From: Selaginella moellendorffii
Taxonomy: Eukaryota; Plantae; Lycopodiophyta
Reading direction: 5' to 3'
Assembly: GCF_000143415.4 (NCBI RefSeq)
Contig: NW_003314261.1
Span: 6,298,822-6,362,821, forward strand
DNA length: 64,000 bases
The first letter of the stretch is position 1, and each line of letters begins with the position of its first letter. The translations under genes were made by a program, and so were the position numbers. Positions 63,791-64,000 of this stretch are shown here, piece by piece. The notes beneath the pieces were generated by a model, which saw only the letters and a program-made list of their open reading frames with translations, did no database searches and had not been told where the DNA came from.

Positions 63791-64000
63791 CCATGCTCTT
63801 GACTTGTCTCTCTTATGGTACAATTACAGCTTTAAAGCTATATACAGTTGTCAAGCTTCATGGTCGTTGGTAATCTATTCTATTCTAAAAAAAAATCTTT
63901 CTTCTTAGTATGAAGTAGAACTATATACCAATTACTGTTTTTGGCTTCTATACGCTTTTTGTCCTTGTTAGTTAGTAATACTCATAAGTGGTAGGAATCT

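Overview
Gene-free, transposon-saturated window from a land-plant nuclear genome. Evidence: TTTAGGG repeats, a 26S rDNA scrap, tRNA-Met primer-binding sites and a Cassandra TRIM. A seed-free vascular plant (fern or lycophyte) is my inference. No intact host gene is visible. Left part (2.8-22 kb): a decayed MULE/Mutator-like element with a DDE+SWIM transposase and a divergently oriented cargo gene (ParB-like domain plus beta-class amino-DNA-methyltransferase-like domain). An inverted, cargo-less relative of this element carries a 96-bp palindromic array. Middle (22.9-43 kb): nested LTR elements (solo LTR, two non-autonomous elements with near-identical LTRs, a TRIM) and a Harbinger-like fragment, most sitting in or just upstream of an old Ty3/Gypsy element. 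Right part: a younger 12.6-kb Sola1-like DNA transposon (24-bp TIRs, TAAA TSD) inserted in the Gypsy integrase. It carries a divergent multi-exon cargo gene (ParB-like, degenerate MTase-like, acidic tract, FCP1/HAD-like phosphatase) and about 25 dispersed copies of a 22-bp palindrome, several inside ~50-nt introns. Best candidate for a new system: two unrelated DNA transposons both carry a ParB+MTase-fold cargo gene and an element-specific palindromic motif, suggesting a parS-like self-recognition or anti-silencing module. Domain calls come from motif recognition by eye and need profile searches.
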